This document shows positions 1 to 9,391 of a DNA stretch of 64,000 bases, piece by piece. A model generated the notes under the pieces. The model was given only the letters and a program-made list of their open reading frames with translations, had not been told where the DNA came from and ran no database searches. Origin of the DNA: Paracoccaceae bacterium (GTDB lineage Bacteria; Pseudomonadota; Alphaproteobacteria; Rhodobacterales; Rhodobacteraceae); assembly GCA_902633655.1 (NCBI GenBank), contig CACPHA010000001.1:1263-65262 (forward strand), in the 5' to 3' direction. Positions within the stretch are counted from its first letter, which is position 1, and each line of letters begins with the position of its first letter. A program made the translations under genes and the position numbers.

Positions 1-1438
1 CGATGTATTGCTGGTCATAAAGCCCTTCTTCCACGATCACATGCATGATCGCATTGAGCATTGATACATCTGCTCCAGGTCGGAATTGCAGCATGTGAGA
101 AGCGTATCGCTTGAGTGCCTGACCACGCGGATCCATGACAATCAGTTTACCACCGCGCTTGGTAAATTGCTTGAAATAGGTCGCCGCAACCGGGTGATTT
201 TCAATCGGGTTCGCACCGATCACAATCGCAACGTCCGCATTTTCAATTTCGTTGAAAGTTGCCGTCACCGCAGCTGAACCAACATTTTCCATGAGCGCAG
301 CAACAGATGAGGCATGGCATAGTCGCGTGCAGTGATCCACGTTATTGTGGCCAAAACCCTGACGGATGAATTTCTGGAAAAGATAGGCTTCTTCGTTAGT
401 GCATTTTGCGCTACCAAATCCTGCAACCGATGCACCACCAAAACGGTCTTTGAGGTTTTTTAAACCATCTGCTGCGAAGTCAAGCGCCTCATCCCAGCTG
501 GCTTCACGGAAAACCGCTTGCCAGTTCGATGGATCAACGTTCAATCCCTTTTTCGGTGCATCCTCTCTGCGAATAAGTGGTTTCGTCAACCGATGCTCAT
601 GATGGATATAGTCAAACCCAAACCGACCCTTAACGCAAAGTCGCCCTTCGTTAGCTGGACCATTAATGCCTTCAACAAATTTCACCTTATTATCTTTGAC
701 CTTCAGAGACACTTGGCACCCTACACCGCAGAAAGGACAAACGCTTTTCACCTCACGATCATAATCCGCACTATCCCCAACCTGAGCATCGTCCAGCACA
801 GTCGCAGGCATCAAAGCTCCCGTAGGACAGGCTTGTACGCACTCACCACAAGCCACACAGGTGCTGTCTCCCATAGGATCAGCAAAATCAAAGGTTGGAT
901 AGGCATCATGCCCACGGCCCGACATGCCGATAACATCATTAACTTGTACTTCACGGCAAGCACGTACGCAAAGACCACATTGAATACAGGCATCTAGATT
1001 GACCCGCATAGCTACATGGCTGTCATCGAGAAGCGGGATACGATCTTTCTCAAGTGCAGGAAGTCGGCTGTCGCTTACACCATTCAGCTCTGCCATCTCC
1101 CACAGATGGGAGGATTTATCATGGGCAGCCTGTTGTTCCGGTTGATCCGCCAATAACATTTCGACAACCATCTTACGCGCATTTTCTGCGCGTTTTGAGT
1201 TGGTCGAAACAACCATACCTTCGCTAACTTCCCGAATACAGGAGGCTACAAGCGTTCTTTCCCCTTCAACCTCTACCATACAAGCACGGCAATTCCCGTC
1301 AGGCCGGTATCCAGGCGCAGGCTTGTGGCACAAATGAGGGATCATAAGTCCACGACCATTCGATACCTCCCAAATAGTCAGACCGCGATCAACCTCAACA
1401 CTCACACCATCTAGCGTAATACTAATTGTACTAGGCAT
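1..1438 (-). CDS. Molybdopterin-dependent formate dehydrogenase alpha subunit-like oxidoreductase (N-terminal ~479 codons; gene continues beyond window start)
   Basis: Open-ended, so absent from the ORF track. Hand translation of the minus strand from ATG (complement of 1436..1438, GGGAGG 6 nt upstream) gives MPSTISITLDGVSVEV... It carries a 2Fe-2S motif (CHKPAPGYRPDGNCRAC), two CxxCxxCxxxC 4Fe-4S motifs (CIQCGLCVRAC, CVACGECVQACP), the CPFCGVGC cluster motif, and HCTRLCHASS with Cys (not Sec) at the catalytic position. Confidence 0.85.
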   Translation of the reverse strand, partial: MPSTISITLDGVSVEVDRGLTIWEVSNGRGLMIPHLCHKPAPGYRPDGNCRACMVEVEGERTLVASCIREVSEGMVVSTNSKRAENARKMVVEMLLADQPEQQAAHDKSSHLWEMAELNGVSDSRLPALEKDRIPLLDDSHVAMRVNLDACIQCGLCVRACREVQVNDVIGMSGRGHDAYPTFDFADPMGDSTCVACGECVQACPTGALMPATVLDDAQVGDSADYDREVKSVCPFCGVGCQVSLKVKDNKVKFVEGINGPANEGRLCVKGRFGFDYIHHEHRLTKPLIRREDAPKKGLNVDPSNWQAVFREASWDEALDFAADGLKNLKDRFGGASVAGFGSAKCTNEEAYLFQKFIRQGFGHNNVDHCTRLCHASSVAALMENVGSAAVTATFNEIENADVAIVIGANPIENHPVAATYFKQFTKRGGKLIVMDPRGQALKRYASHMLQFRPGADVSMLNAIMHVIVEEGLYDQQYI

Positions 1439-1680
1439 AAACTGCCTCCCAATTGCACAGTTCTCCTAGACCATAAATTAAGCTTTTCACATGGATAATC
1501 CCGGCGCATAAACACAAATTTACGCCAGAAATAATAAGGGACATCAGAATTTTTGTCTTCTAAGTAAGCAGAGGGAAATTAAGTTCTCTGTGCAGATTCA
1601 CCCCTAGAGCGCCACCAAATAGGTTTCAAATCTTGGTAAAATGTGCTCATTACAGTGTTCAAAGACAGAGGCAAATCATA

Positions 1681-2337
1681 ATGACACAGGTCATAATAAT
1701 ACGTCACGGTCAGGCCAATACTGGTGCTGCGGACCATGATATATACGATAATCTCAGCACGCTTGGGCATCAGCAAGCCAAATGGCTTGGTGAGTATTTT
1801 GACTGCATTGGACTAACTTTTGACCGCATTTATTCAGGCAATTTAAGGCGGCAGAAAGATACAACATCTGGCATAAATCGGCGTCAGGTTGAACATGTAA
1901 TAGATAAGCGTTTAAACGAATTTGATTATTTCGGTTTAACTCACGATCTAAAGCACCGCCTTGGTATCCCATACCCCACGAACCAAGATCAATTCAAAGT
2001 GCAAATATATACCTTGATGACCTACTGGAAAGAAAACAAAATTTCCTCAAGTAGAGAAACATTTGAAGATTTTTCTCAACGTACCTTAGAGATTGCGACT
2101 GAGATTTCGGGAAAAGAAGAAAAGGCCCTACTTGTGTCTTCCAGTGGCGTTATTGCATCTCTCGTCGGCAATCTATTGAGTGTTCCAGTGGAAAAAAGAG
2201 CAAGTCTTTTACTTAGTCTATCACATACAAGTCTAAACCGTTTTGAACTAATTTGTGGTGATTTGACACCCACGCTATTCTGCGCAACACCACATCTTGA
2301 CCGTCCAGATTGGGCTCTCGCACGTACATTCATTTAA
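1681..2337 (+). CDS. Histidine phosphatase (phosphoglycerate mutase-like) family protein
   Basis: ORF 1633..2337. MTQVIIIRHGQANTG places the RHG catalytic motif right after the internal ATG at 1681, which I take as the start. Confidence 0.75.
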   Translation: MTQVIIIRHGQANTGAADHDIYDNLSTLGHQQAKWLGEYFDCIGLTFDRIYSGNLRRQKDTTSGINRRQVEHVIDKRLNEFDYFGLTHDLKHRLGIPYPTNQDQFKVQIYTLMTYWKENKISSSRETFEDFSQRTLEIATEISGKEEKALLVSSSGVIASLVGNLLSVPVEKRASLLLSLSHTSLNRFELICGDLTPTLFCATPHLDRPDWALARTFI

Positions 2338-2348
2338 GAGGTGCACTA

Positions 2349-3410
2349 ATGACACATCTATGGGTTCGCTCTGAACAACGCCCCAACGAGGACAGAGTTG
2401 GTATAACGCCCGCTGGAGCTAGGGCTCTATTGAACAAAGGCTTTGCCATTACTGTGGAAGAAAGTACCAACCGCATTATTGGGATTGCCGAATATAAAAA
2501 GGCAGGCTGCAACATCGCGCTCGAGAACAGTTGGAAGGATGCGCCGAAGGACGCCATCATATTTGGACTAAAAGAATTACCTGAGATAAATACACCATTG
2601 CAACACAGACACATTATGTTCGGTCATGCCTTTAAGGGCCAGCACAACGGGCAGGCACTTTTGCAACGTTTCAAAAAAGGTAACGGGTCGCTTTATGATT
2701 TAGAATATCTCGTAGATGAAACAGGTCGGCGTGTTGCGGCTTTCGGATATTGGGCGGGTTATGTAGGTGCCGCTGTTTCCATGAAATGTTGGATTGAACA
2801 ACAAAAAGGGGGTATCTGCGGGTTTTTGTCATCTTATGCAAACCAAAGTACGCTGGTCAAAGAGCTGAAAGCCGATGTGAGACATGCGAAGGCAAAACTG
2901 CCCAACACAATTGTTATCGGTGCTTTAGGGCGTGTCGGTTCAGGGGCGCTTGACCTTTACAAAGCCCTTGGTGTTAAAGTCACTGAATGGGACATAGAAG
3001 AAACCCAACAGGGCGGACCCTTCCCAGAAATTTTGGACCATGAAATTTTGATAAACAGTATTGTAGCGCGTCCTGGGACACCAGTGTTCGTCTCACCTGA
3101 GTTTGCAAATGGTCCACGGAAATTGAGCGTGATTGGCGATATAGCTTGCGATCCGGACAGTGACTATAATCCTATCCCGCTCTATAATTCGGCTACCAAT
3201 TGGATAGAGCCGGCAGTGCGAGTAGTGGATAAACCTCCACTTGATATAGTAGCTATTGACAATCTGCCCTCACTTTTGCCTTTAGAAAGCTCCAAAGATT
3301 TTGCAGACCAGCTATTGCCTTACCTCATGGAAATCGACAATCTTGGGAAAAATGTCTGGGGGCGTGCAAGAGCCACTTTTGAAAAACATATAAAGGGGGA
3401 GGAGATATGA
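2349..3410 (+). CDS. Saccharopine dehydrogenase (NAD+, L-lysine-forming; LYS1 / lysine-ketoglutarate reductase-like, AlaDH/PNT fold)
   Basis: ORF 2310..3410. MTHLWVRSEQRPNEDRVGITPAGARALLNKGF... and IGALGRVGSGA (Rossmann motif) are typical of LYS1-type enzymes. ATG 2349 removes the overlap with the upstream gene. The stop overlaps the next start (ATGA at 3407..3410). Confidence 0.8.
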   Translation: MTHLWVRSEQRPNEDRVGITPAGARALLNKGFAITVEESTNRIIGIAEYKKAGCNIALENSWKDAPKDAIIFGLKELPEINTPLQHRHIMFGHAFKGQHNGQALLQRFKKGNGSLYDLEYLVDETGRRVAAFGYWAGYVGAAVSMKCWIEQQKGGICGFLSSYANQSTLVKELKADVRHAKAKLPNTIVIGALGRVGSGALDLYKALGVKVTEWDIEETQQGGPFPEILDHEILINSIVARPGTPVFVSPEFANGPRKLSVIGDIACDPDSDYNPIPLYNSATNWIEPAVRVVDKPPLDIVAIDNLPSLLPLESSKDFADQLLPYLMEIDNLGKNVWGRARATFEKHIKGEEI

Positions 3411-4570
3411 CTATTCACTGGTGTGGAACAGGTTTATCAGCGGTTCCAGGACTACGCAAGCTCATAGCGGATGGAAACAATGTCTGCGTTTGGAATCGAA
3501 CCGTTGAAAAAGCCGTGACAGCTGTTGGAGATGTCACAACTAATATCCACGCATTTGATATAGCGTCTCTTGAATCAACACTAGTGGCAGGCGATGTGAT
3601 CGTTTCCATGCTGCCGGGAGACTGGCACGTTCCGCTCGCAGAAATTGCTATTGAGCACAAAGTGCATTTCGTATCCTCTTCATATATTGCGCCAGAGATG
3701 CGGGCTCTTGAGAATCGCGCCAACGAAGCAGGTGTTTGCATCGTGAACGAAGTTGGGCTTGATCCGGGAATCGACCATTTGATGGCGCACATACTTGTGG
3801 AAGAATATCGAGCCGCTTCAGAAAATACTGAAGGAAATGCACTGACCTTTATTTCATATTGCGGTGGTATTCCTAAAAAGCCCAATCCATTTCGCTATAA
3901 ATTCAGTTGGTCTCCAGCTGGAGTGCTTAAAGCTCTACGTTCTCCATCAAAATCTATTCGAGATTTTTTACAATTCGATGTTGAACAGCCATGGGACGCA
4001 ATCAGTTTATACTTGGCGCCCTTACCAGAACCAGAAAGTTTCGAGGTTTATCCAAATCGTGACTCAATACCTTTCATGCAACAATACCAATTTGACCCAA
4101 AGTGGAAGGTCAAAGAATTTGTACGTGGTACGCTTCGGTTAAAAGGTTGGGCCAAAGCATGGGAATGTGTTTTTGAAGAGATGCAGGACCTTAGCGGCCC
4201 ATCCGGAGATGAACGCATTCAAGAGATGTCGGAACAGTTCTGGGCAGAAAACGCTTATGCTGAAGGTGAGCCAGATCGTGTTGTCCTTTGCGTTGGACTT
4301 AAAGCTGAGCAAGAGGGTGAACCCTGTTGGCACAAAACCTATGTAATGGATGCTTGGGGTGACGAGCGGGGTACAGCGATGGCGCGTTTAGTATCCTTTC
4401 CAGTTTCATTTGCTGTTGAGGCCATTTTGGCGGGGCGGCTTTTCCCAGGGGTGCAAGCCGCACCACGCGATATTGGGCTTGCGGCAAATTGGATGGAAGA
4501 AATCAGCAAACTCGTGCAGCATCTCGAGATTGTGGATCATACTACACCACAACTGGACAAAGTGCGTTAA
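3407..4570 (+). CDS. Saccharopine dehydrogenase (NADP+, L-glutamate-forming; LYS9 / saccharopine reductase-like)
   Basis: 387-aa ORF with N-terminal WCGTGLSA nucleotide-binding start and EVGLDPGIDHLMA, which is characteristic of the saccharopine reductase family. Translationally coupled to 2349..3410. Confidence 0.8.
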   Translation: MTIHWCGTGLSAVPGLRKLIADGNNVCVWNRTVEKAVTAVGDVTTNIHAFDIASLESTLVAGDVIVSMLPGDWHVPLAEIAIEHKVHFVSSSYIAPEMRALENRANEAGVCIVNEVGLDPGIDHLMAHILVEEYRAASENTEGNALTFISYCGGIPKKPNPFRYKFSWSPAGVLKALRSPSKSIRDFLQFDVEQPWDAISLYLAPLPEPESFEVYPNRDSIPFMQQYQFDPKWKVKEFVRGTLRLKGWAKAWECVFEEMQDLSGPSGDERIQEMSEQFWAENAYAEGEPDRVVLCVGLKAEQEGEPCWHKTYVMDAWGDERGTAMARLVSFPVSFAVEAILAGRLFPGVQAAPRDIGLAANWMEEISKLVQHLEIVDHTTPQLDKVR

Positions 4571-4589
4571 TCATTTTTGGCGCTGATCG

Positions 4590-5342
4590 TTATCGAGATT
4601 TTACGAAAGAGCTCCATATTTTATAGTGTAAGGCACTTGGTAAAAACTGAAGACTGCGAATAAAACTGGTAAATATAGTTTTTGGGTACGAATAAGAGAA
4701 TCCACTACCTGACATATATTTGAGCATTTCCTTGGCAGCAGCGACTGGTGTCATAACGTCCCTCATCTTATAATTATTTTTTGCAGATGCTTTTGTATCA
4801 ATGAACCCAGGGTTTATAAGTTGAACTTTTATTTTGGTATGTTGAAGATCAATTTGCATGCACTCTGCTAAAGTCATTAGTCCAGCTTTTGAAGCCGTGT
4901 ATCCAATTGACGAAGGCAAACCTCTAACCGCAGCTATGGTCCCAGTTATAACAATATGGCCAAAGTTATGCCGAGTAAATCGATCGACAACTGGCGCTAA
5001 AATTCTGCAAGCACCAAGTAAATTGACATTTATCATCTCAATGCATTTTTCACTGTCCCAATTCTGAGCTGACATAGGCCAATAGGCGGCAGCTAGAAAA
5101 ACAAGTCCATCAATATCACCGATCTTCTCCATCGCAGCATCGACACTTTCCTGAGAACCAACATCACAAGGGATTGCCGTTGCCTTATTGGGTAAGCTTT
5201 CGATGATAGTAACGAGTTTTTCCACATTACGCGCAGAAAGCACCAGTTCAAAGCCAGCTGCGCTCATCTCACGCGCTAAAGCTTCTCCCAAACCATCACT
5301 GGCACCGATCAGCCAATAGCGCTTTCCTTTAAACGAATTCAT
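4590..5342 (-). CDS. SDR family oxidoreductase (last gene of the FAD-oxidoreductase/DUF1365/MFS/SDR operon)
   Basis: GASDGLGEALA glycine-rich motif and YTASK (YxxxK). Its ATG overlaps the MFS stop (ATGA at 5339..5342). Confidence 0.85.
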   Translation of the reverse strand: MNSFKGKRYWLIGASDGLGEALAREMSAAGFELVLSARNVEKLVTIIESLPNKATAIPCDVGSQESVDAAMEKIGDIDGLVFLAAAYWPMSAQNWDSEKCIEMINVNLLGACRILAPVVDRFTRHNFGHIVITGTIAAVRGLPSSIGYTASKAGLMTLAECMQIDLQHTKIKVQLINPGFIDTKASAKNNYKMRDVMTPVAAAKEMLKYMSGSGFSYSYPKTIFTSFIRSLQFLPSALHYKIWSSFVKSR

Positions 5343-6571
5343 GTCTGAATATCCTCAAAACGAAGCCTCAGAAGAAACCCAATGGCGAATAATTTCAGCA
5401 AACAGGGTAGTACAGCATATCCACAAGTTAAAGCAAGCAGACCGTTTTCTGTATTTTCCATTCCTGAACGAAAACCAAACAGCTCAACCATTGGCAGCAC
5501 AATGACGGCTGCAATGGCAAGAGAAATTTTCGAAGCAAAGTTCCATAACCCAAAACCGATTTCTGCACGTCCTCCAGTTTGTGCCAAGTGCCGTGCAAAT
5601 ATTGCAGGTAAGATCGTCAGGTCAGCTCCAAGCGTTGCGCCGCTCGCCAGACAAATTATAGAAAAAATAAACGTCTGACCTTCTGTAAGGAAAAAAGCGA
5701 AAACGAACGCATGGATGGCGAATAACATGGCCAACAATAAAATACGGCGCGCTCCGTATTGGTCCGCTAAATACGCCCAAAACGGAGCGGAAAAGGCAGC
5801 CGATAGGAAAAAAATAATTAGGAGAATTCCGGTCATTTCAGGAGCCAAAAGTCTGCTTTCCACAAAAAACAAAAATAACGTTGATGAGACAGCCACTGGT
5901 GCCGTGTTCAATACTGCCAGAAAAAGCATTTGCCGTATCAACCGGTCTGACCAAATGTGTGTTGATGCTTTGTTTTGCATACCTCGCGCATCAGCCGACC
6001 AGTGAGATTGCATTACAAAAAGTGCTACTAGAGTAACGCCTAAAAATAAAAGCGCATAAAGCGAAAATGCGTTCTGCGATACATACAAAAGAAGTGTTGG
6101 TGCCATCGCAGCCAAACAGACCCCTAAAAGGCTTCCAGTTTCACGCCAGCGTGCCAAATGAAGTTGGCCAGATGAGCCAAAACTTGTCACGCCCTGGGAG
6201 TAGAATCTAATTGACAGGAAACTAAACCCAGTGAAGAGCACTGCCATTGTTACCGAGAACCAAATAACCGGTGAAATCGGCGCCGGCACGGCAAAAAGTC
6301 CGAACATTCCCAAAGACATTAAAATGCCTGAAATCCAAACCGGCTTGGATCGAAACTTCAGGGTTTTTTCGGCCAAATGCCCAAGCAACGGGTCCTGCAA
6401 CAAATCGATCAACCGCAGACCAAAAAGAGCTACTCCCAAGAGACTTAAACTTACTCCATAGGTGTCTACGAAATATTTCGGTGCGTGAATATAAATGGGT
6501 AACCCTGCCATTCCCAACATTGCGGCAAACAAGGCATAAGAAGGGAGAGAAAATGGGCGCGATACGCTCAC
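5339..6571 (-). CDS. MFS-type transporter (about 12 predicted hydrophobic segments)
   Basis: ORF 5339..6631 is strongly hydrophobic throughout. The track start is a TTG that overlaps DUF1365 by 64 nt. An in-frame GTG at 6571..6569 forms a GTGA stop/start overlap with the DUF1365 stop and is the more likely start. Confidence 0.7.
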   Translation of the reverse strand: MSVSRPFSLPSYALFAAMLGMAGLPIYIHAPKYFVDTYGVSLSLLGVALFGLRLIDLLQDPLLGHLAEKTLKFRSKPVWISGILMSLGMFGLFAVPAPISPVIWFSVTMAVLFTGFSFLSIRFYSQGVTSFGSSGQLHLARWRETGSLLGVCLAAMAPTLLLYVSQNAFSLYALLFLGVTLVALFVMQSHWSADARGMQNKASTHIWSDRLIRQMLFLAVLNTAPVAVSSTLFLFFVESRLLAPEMTGILLIIFFLSAAFSAPFWAYLADQYGARRILLLAMLFAIHAFVFAFFLTEGQTFIFSIICLASGATLGADLTILPAIFARHLAQTGGRAEIGFGLWNFASKISLAIAAVIVLPMVELFGFRSGMENTENGLLALTCGYAVLPCLLKLFAIGFLLRLRFEDIQT

Positions 6572-7323
6572 AAAGACACCCCAGATTTCGGGGGTATCGG
6601 CCGCTTTCGGTACTTTGCACCTTTGATCCAAAGCTTTAGAGCCTGCCAGTGGATTAGTCCCAATACACGGCGAGACCCAAATGGTCTTCTTACAAGGGCC
6701 TTCACGATATCAGTTGTCCTCAGAAATTTTCTTGGACCAACAAGATTCGCCATCAATCCACCACCTGGAATTTTCAAGTCAATCCAGATGCCTATCTTCT
6801 CTGGACCTACATCAAACCTGAACTCATACTCACCAGCAATGGGTTGAAATGGAGAAACGTGAAAAATTTTTTTTGCTGTTAGCTTATCCACTGGCAGAAT
6901 GGGGCGTTGATTAGCGTGATGACACAAATACGCATGTCGGTCCCCAAAGGTGTTTGTTACTTCCGCGATTACAGCGCGTAGATCACCATTGCGATGATGG
7001 CATAGCCAAAAGCTCACCGGGTTAAACACATGACCCAGTATTCGGGGCTGCGCCAAAAGCAAAATTTTTCCTTTCACCGTGATATCGTGACTTTCAAGAA
7101 CCTCTTTAACCCACTCTACGCCTTTACCGTTTTTCGGTGCCCCACCGTGGTCTTCATCATAGACCGAAAAGAGCCAACCGGTATTGCGGGTGAAAAGTGT
7201 CGGGGCCTGCGTATTTTTTTCTGCATCAAAAAGCACATAGTCGACACTGTAGCGAAAAGCATTTTCAAGATCACCCTTACGACCGTGCCATGTCCACCCC
7301 TCTATGTATTCAACCCTATTCAT
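6568..7323 (-). CDS. DUF1365 family protein (candidate UfaO-like furan fatty acid oxygenase)
   Basis: 251 aa. The GHVFNPVSFW and FHVSPF motifs are typical of DUF1365. 4-nt overlap with the upstream FAD oxidoreductase (7320..7323). Confidence 0.75.
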   Translation of the reverse strand: MNRVEYIEGWTWHGRKGDLENAFRYSVDYVLFDAEKNTQAPTLFTRNTGWLFSVYDEDHGGAPKNGKGVEWVKEVLESHDITVKGKILLLAQPRILGHVFNPVSFWLCHHRNGDLRAVIAEVTNTFGDRHAYLCHHANQRPILPVDKLTAKKIFHVSPFQPIAGEYEFRFDVGPEKIGIWIDLKIPGGGLMANLVGPRKFLRTTDIVKALVRRPFGSRRVLGLIHWQALKLWIKGAKYRKRPIPPKSGVSL

Positions 7324-8624
7324 TCGGCTGCCAGTGTCATTGCGGCACGAACTTCAAGTTGATGTACCACGTCCAAAGCACTTGCTAGACCGTCTTCGTG
7401 GAAACCGTTTTTTATCCAAGCCCCACAAAACCACGTATTATTTTCACCATTTCGAGCTGCGATTGCCTTTTGCGCTTCCAAAGCTGCTGCGTCATAAACT
7501 GGATGGCGCATTGTCGTCTGCTCATATATTAGCTCATCCTGAATATTTTTCGTTGAATTCAAAGTAACAAATAACGGATCATTTTTTGGAATCGGTTGTA
7601 GAGAATTCATCCAGTAAGTCAGATCTAAATGTTCTGACGCGCGTCCCGAGCGTTCAGTATACACCCAACTTGACCAGCATTTTCTTGAACTAGGCATCAC
7701 GGATATATCGCAATGCAATACTACGTCATTAGGTTGGTAACCAATTGCGCTTAGAGATTCTTTTTCGTGTGGTCGAGCATCTGCCAACAATCCCAAAGTG
7801 ACATCAGAATGCGTCGCAAAGATTACTTCGTCAAAACTTTCCCTTGCTCCACCTTTAGGCCTGATGTTTACTTTAGCTTCATCACGATGAACGCTGTATA
7901 CTGGTGCGCAAAGGCGAATATCTACACTTTGCGCTAATAAACGGGCTTGGAGTCGCCGCACATACTGCATGGATCCGCCGTCAACTGTATACCACTGGTG
8001 CTGACCACTGATGCCTAGAAGAGCATGATTCTGGAAAAATTGCATCATAGATTTGGCAGGGAAATTCATAATTTGCTCTTTGGGAGTCGACCAGATTGCA
8101 CCTGATAAAGGTAGAAGGTAATAATCTCGAAACCATTTGCCAGTGCCCAGCTCGGATAAAAATTCTCCAATTGTAAAATTTCCCTTTTGTGCCACTCTAA
8201 GGCCCTGAGAATTAAATTTCAAAATATCTAAGCACATTCTTAAAAATCTTGGGTCAAAAGCATTTTTTCGCTGCGCAAATACTGCGTCTACATTGGCAAG
8301 CGCGTATTCTAGACGACCAGATCGTACCGATGCACCAAAACTCATGTTACTTTTTGTTAGGGGAACGGACAATTCTTCAAACAACGATGTAAGGAGTGGA
8401 TAATTCGCATGATTGAAGACTATAAATCCCATATCAACAGGCTGTGCGCCCGACTTACCTGCAAGAACCGTTTTTGCATGGCCTCCTAACCGACTTGATG
8501 CCTCAAATAAAGTTACGCGACTATTCTTGGATAAAGCATAGGCTGCGGACATTCCGGAAATTCCTCCACCTATTATCGCAATTTTACGGGTTTTTGGATG
8601 AGCAGCTATCATATTTATGAGCAA
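7320..8624 (-). CDS. NAD/FAD-binding oxidoreductase (amine-oxidase/phytoene-desaturase-like; candidate UfaD-like fatty acyl desaturase)
   Basis: KIAIIGGGISGMSAAYAL...LFEASSRLGGH dinucleotide-binding fold. The track start is TTG at 8624. ATG at 8612 (MIAAHPKTRKIAIIGGG) is an equally good start. Confidence 0.8.
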   Translation of the reverse strand: MLINMIAAHPKTRKIAIIGGGISGMSAAYALSKNSRVTLFEASSRLGGHAKTVLAGKSGAQPVDMGFIVFNHANYPLLTSLFEELSVPLTKSNMSFGASVRSGRLEYALANVDAVFAQRKNAFDPRFLRMCLDILKFNSQGLRVAQKGNFTIGEFLSELGTGKWFRDYYLLPLSGAIWSTPKEQIMNFPAKSMMQFFQNHALLGISGQHQWYTVDGGSMQYVRRLQARLLAQSVDIRLCAPVYSVHRDEAKVNIRPKGGARESFDEVIFATHSDVTLGLLADARPHEKESLSAIGYQPNDVVLHCDISVMPSSRKCWSSWVYTERSGRASEHLDLTYWMNSLQPIPKNDPLFVTLNSTKNIQDELIYEQTTMRHPVYDAAALEAQKAIAARNGENNTWFCGAWIKNGFHEDGLASALDVVHQLEVRAAMTLAAE

Positions 8625-8693
8625 TCTCCGTTTTTTTAGAATGTGTACGCTGAACGGATGAAAGCAGATGAAAAGAAATAAAAAAACAATTTT

Positions 8694-8719
8694 TGATCCA
8701 TAAATTTAAAAACGTCGTA
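8694..8719 (+). promoter_or_regulatory. Candidate sigma-E (ChrR-paired ECF) autoregulated promoter: TGATCC-N16-CGTA
   Basis: TGATCC at 8694..8699 and CGTA at 8716..8719, directly upstream of the rpoE ORF. TGATCC is the -35 element I recall for Rhodobacter sphaeroides RpoE. The -10 assignment is from memory and uncertain. Confidence 0.4.
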
Positions 8720-8727
8720 TTTAAAGT

Positions 8728-9384
8728 ATGATGTTAGTAGAGATACAGCCGATACGACACCAAAGCTCGCCTTTGCGAAAGGCTTGTGGTACGCGTCATT
8801 CGGGCGAAACATCTAGCAATGAGTGTCGATCGGTGGGTAAAAAAACAAGAAACGAGGTTGAAACTTGGGCGCGAGACCTTGAACTAATTAAAGTTAATCA
8901 AGATGTTAAGGCTTTCGAAAGGCTCTTCAATAGTTTCGCTCCAAAGATCAAAGGTTTTTTGATGAAATCGGGAACTGACAACGCAATGGCAGAAGAGTGT
9001 GTGCAGGAAGTTATGTCAACAATATGGAATAAAGCACATTTATTTGACCCTACTCGGGCTAGTGCCTCCACTTGGATTTTCACCATAGCTCGAAACAAAA
9101 AGATTGATGCTATAAGAAAACAAAAGCGTCCTGAACCTGAAGATTTAGGTTGGGGTCCGGAACACGAGCCGGATCAGGAAGCCGTTATAGGGCTTCAACA
9201 AGAGACTGCGAAATTGGGTCAAGCCATCGAAAATTTGCCAGAGAAGCAAAGATTTTTGCTTGAGCGCGCTTATTTTAGCGACATGTCGCACAGTGAAATT
9301 GCCGCAGAGACAGGGTTACCTTTAGGGACTATAAAATCTCGCATAAGGTTAGCACTTGACCGCCTGCGCCATTCTATGAAGTGA
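8728..9384 (+). CDS. rpoE: ECF sigma factor RpoE (ChrR-paired group)
   Basis: FAPKIKGFLMKSG..., WIFTIARNKKID, and LPLGTIKSRIRLALDRLRH (region 4) closely resemble my recollection of R. sphaeroides RpoE. The true start is probably downstream of 8728 (for example GTG 8833, giving about 183 aa). Confidence 0.9.
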   Translation: MMLVEIQPIRHQSSPLRKACGTRHSGETSSNECRSVGKKTRNEVETWARDLELIKVNQDVKAFERLFNSFAPKIKGFLMKSGTDNAMAEECVQEVMSTIWNKAHLFDPTRASASTWIFTIARNKKIDAIRKQKRPEPEDLGWGPEHEPDQEAVIGLQQETAKLGQAIENLPEKQRFLLERAYFSDMSHSEIAAETGLPLGTIKSRIRLALDRLRHSMK

Positions 9385-9391
9385 TAATGAA

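Noticed and set aside
518-997. 159-aa plus-strand ORF, and the 60-aa minus-strand ORF 811..993, near the window start
   Set aside because: Both lie entirely inside the formate dehydrogenase coding region, antisense or out of frame. That region has strong Fe-S and molybdopterin motifs on the minus strand, and these ORFs have no motifs of their own.
1439-1680. Possible molybdenum-cofactor riboswitch upstream of the formate dehydrogenase gene
   Set aside because: I could not identify the conserved Moco-motif elements or a convincing multi-stem structure in the minus-strand leader. Only short 4-5 bp hairpins are present.
6568-6631. Apparent 64-nt overlap between the DUF1365 gene and the MFS gene
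   Set aside because: It is an artefact of the longest-ORF TTG start. An in-frame GTG at 6571 gives a standard GTGA stop/start overlap like the other junctions in this operon.
8656-8661. TCATCC on the minus strand as a sigma-E -35 element for the divergent FAD-oxidoreductase operon
   Set aside because: It has one mismatch to TGATCC, and no CGTA-like element lies at a 16-17 nt spacing. It is kept only as a remark in the promoter finding.
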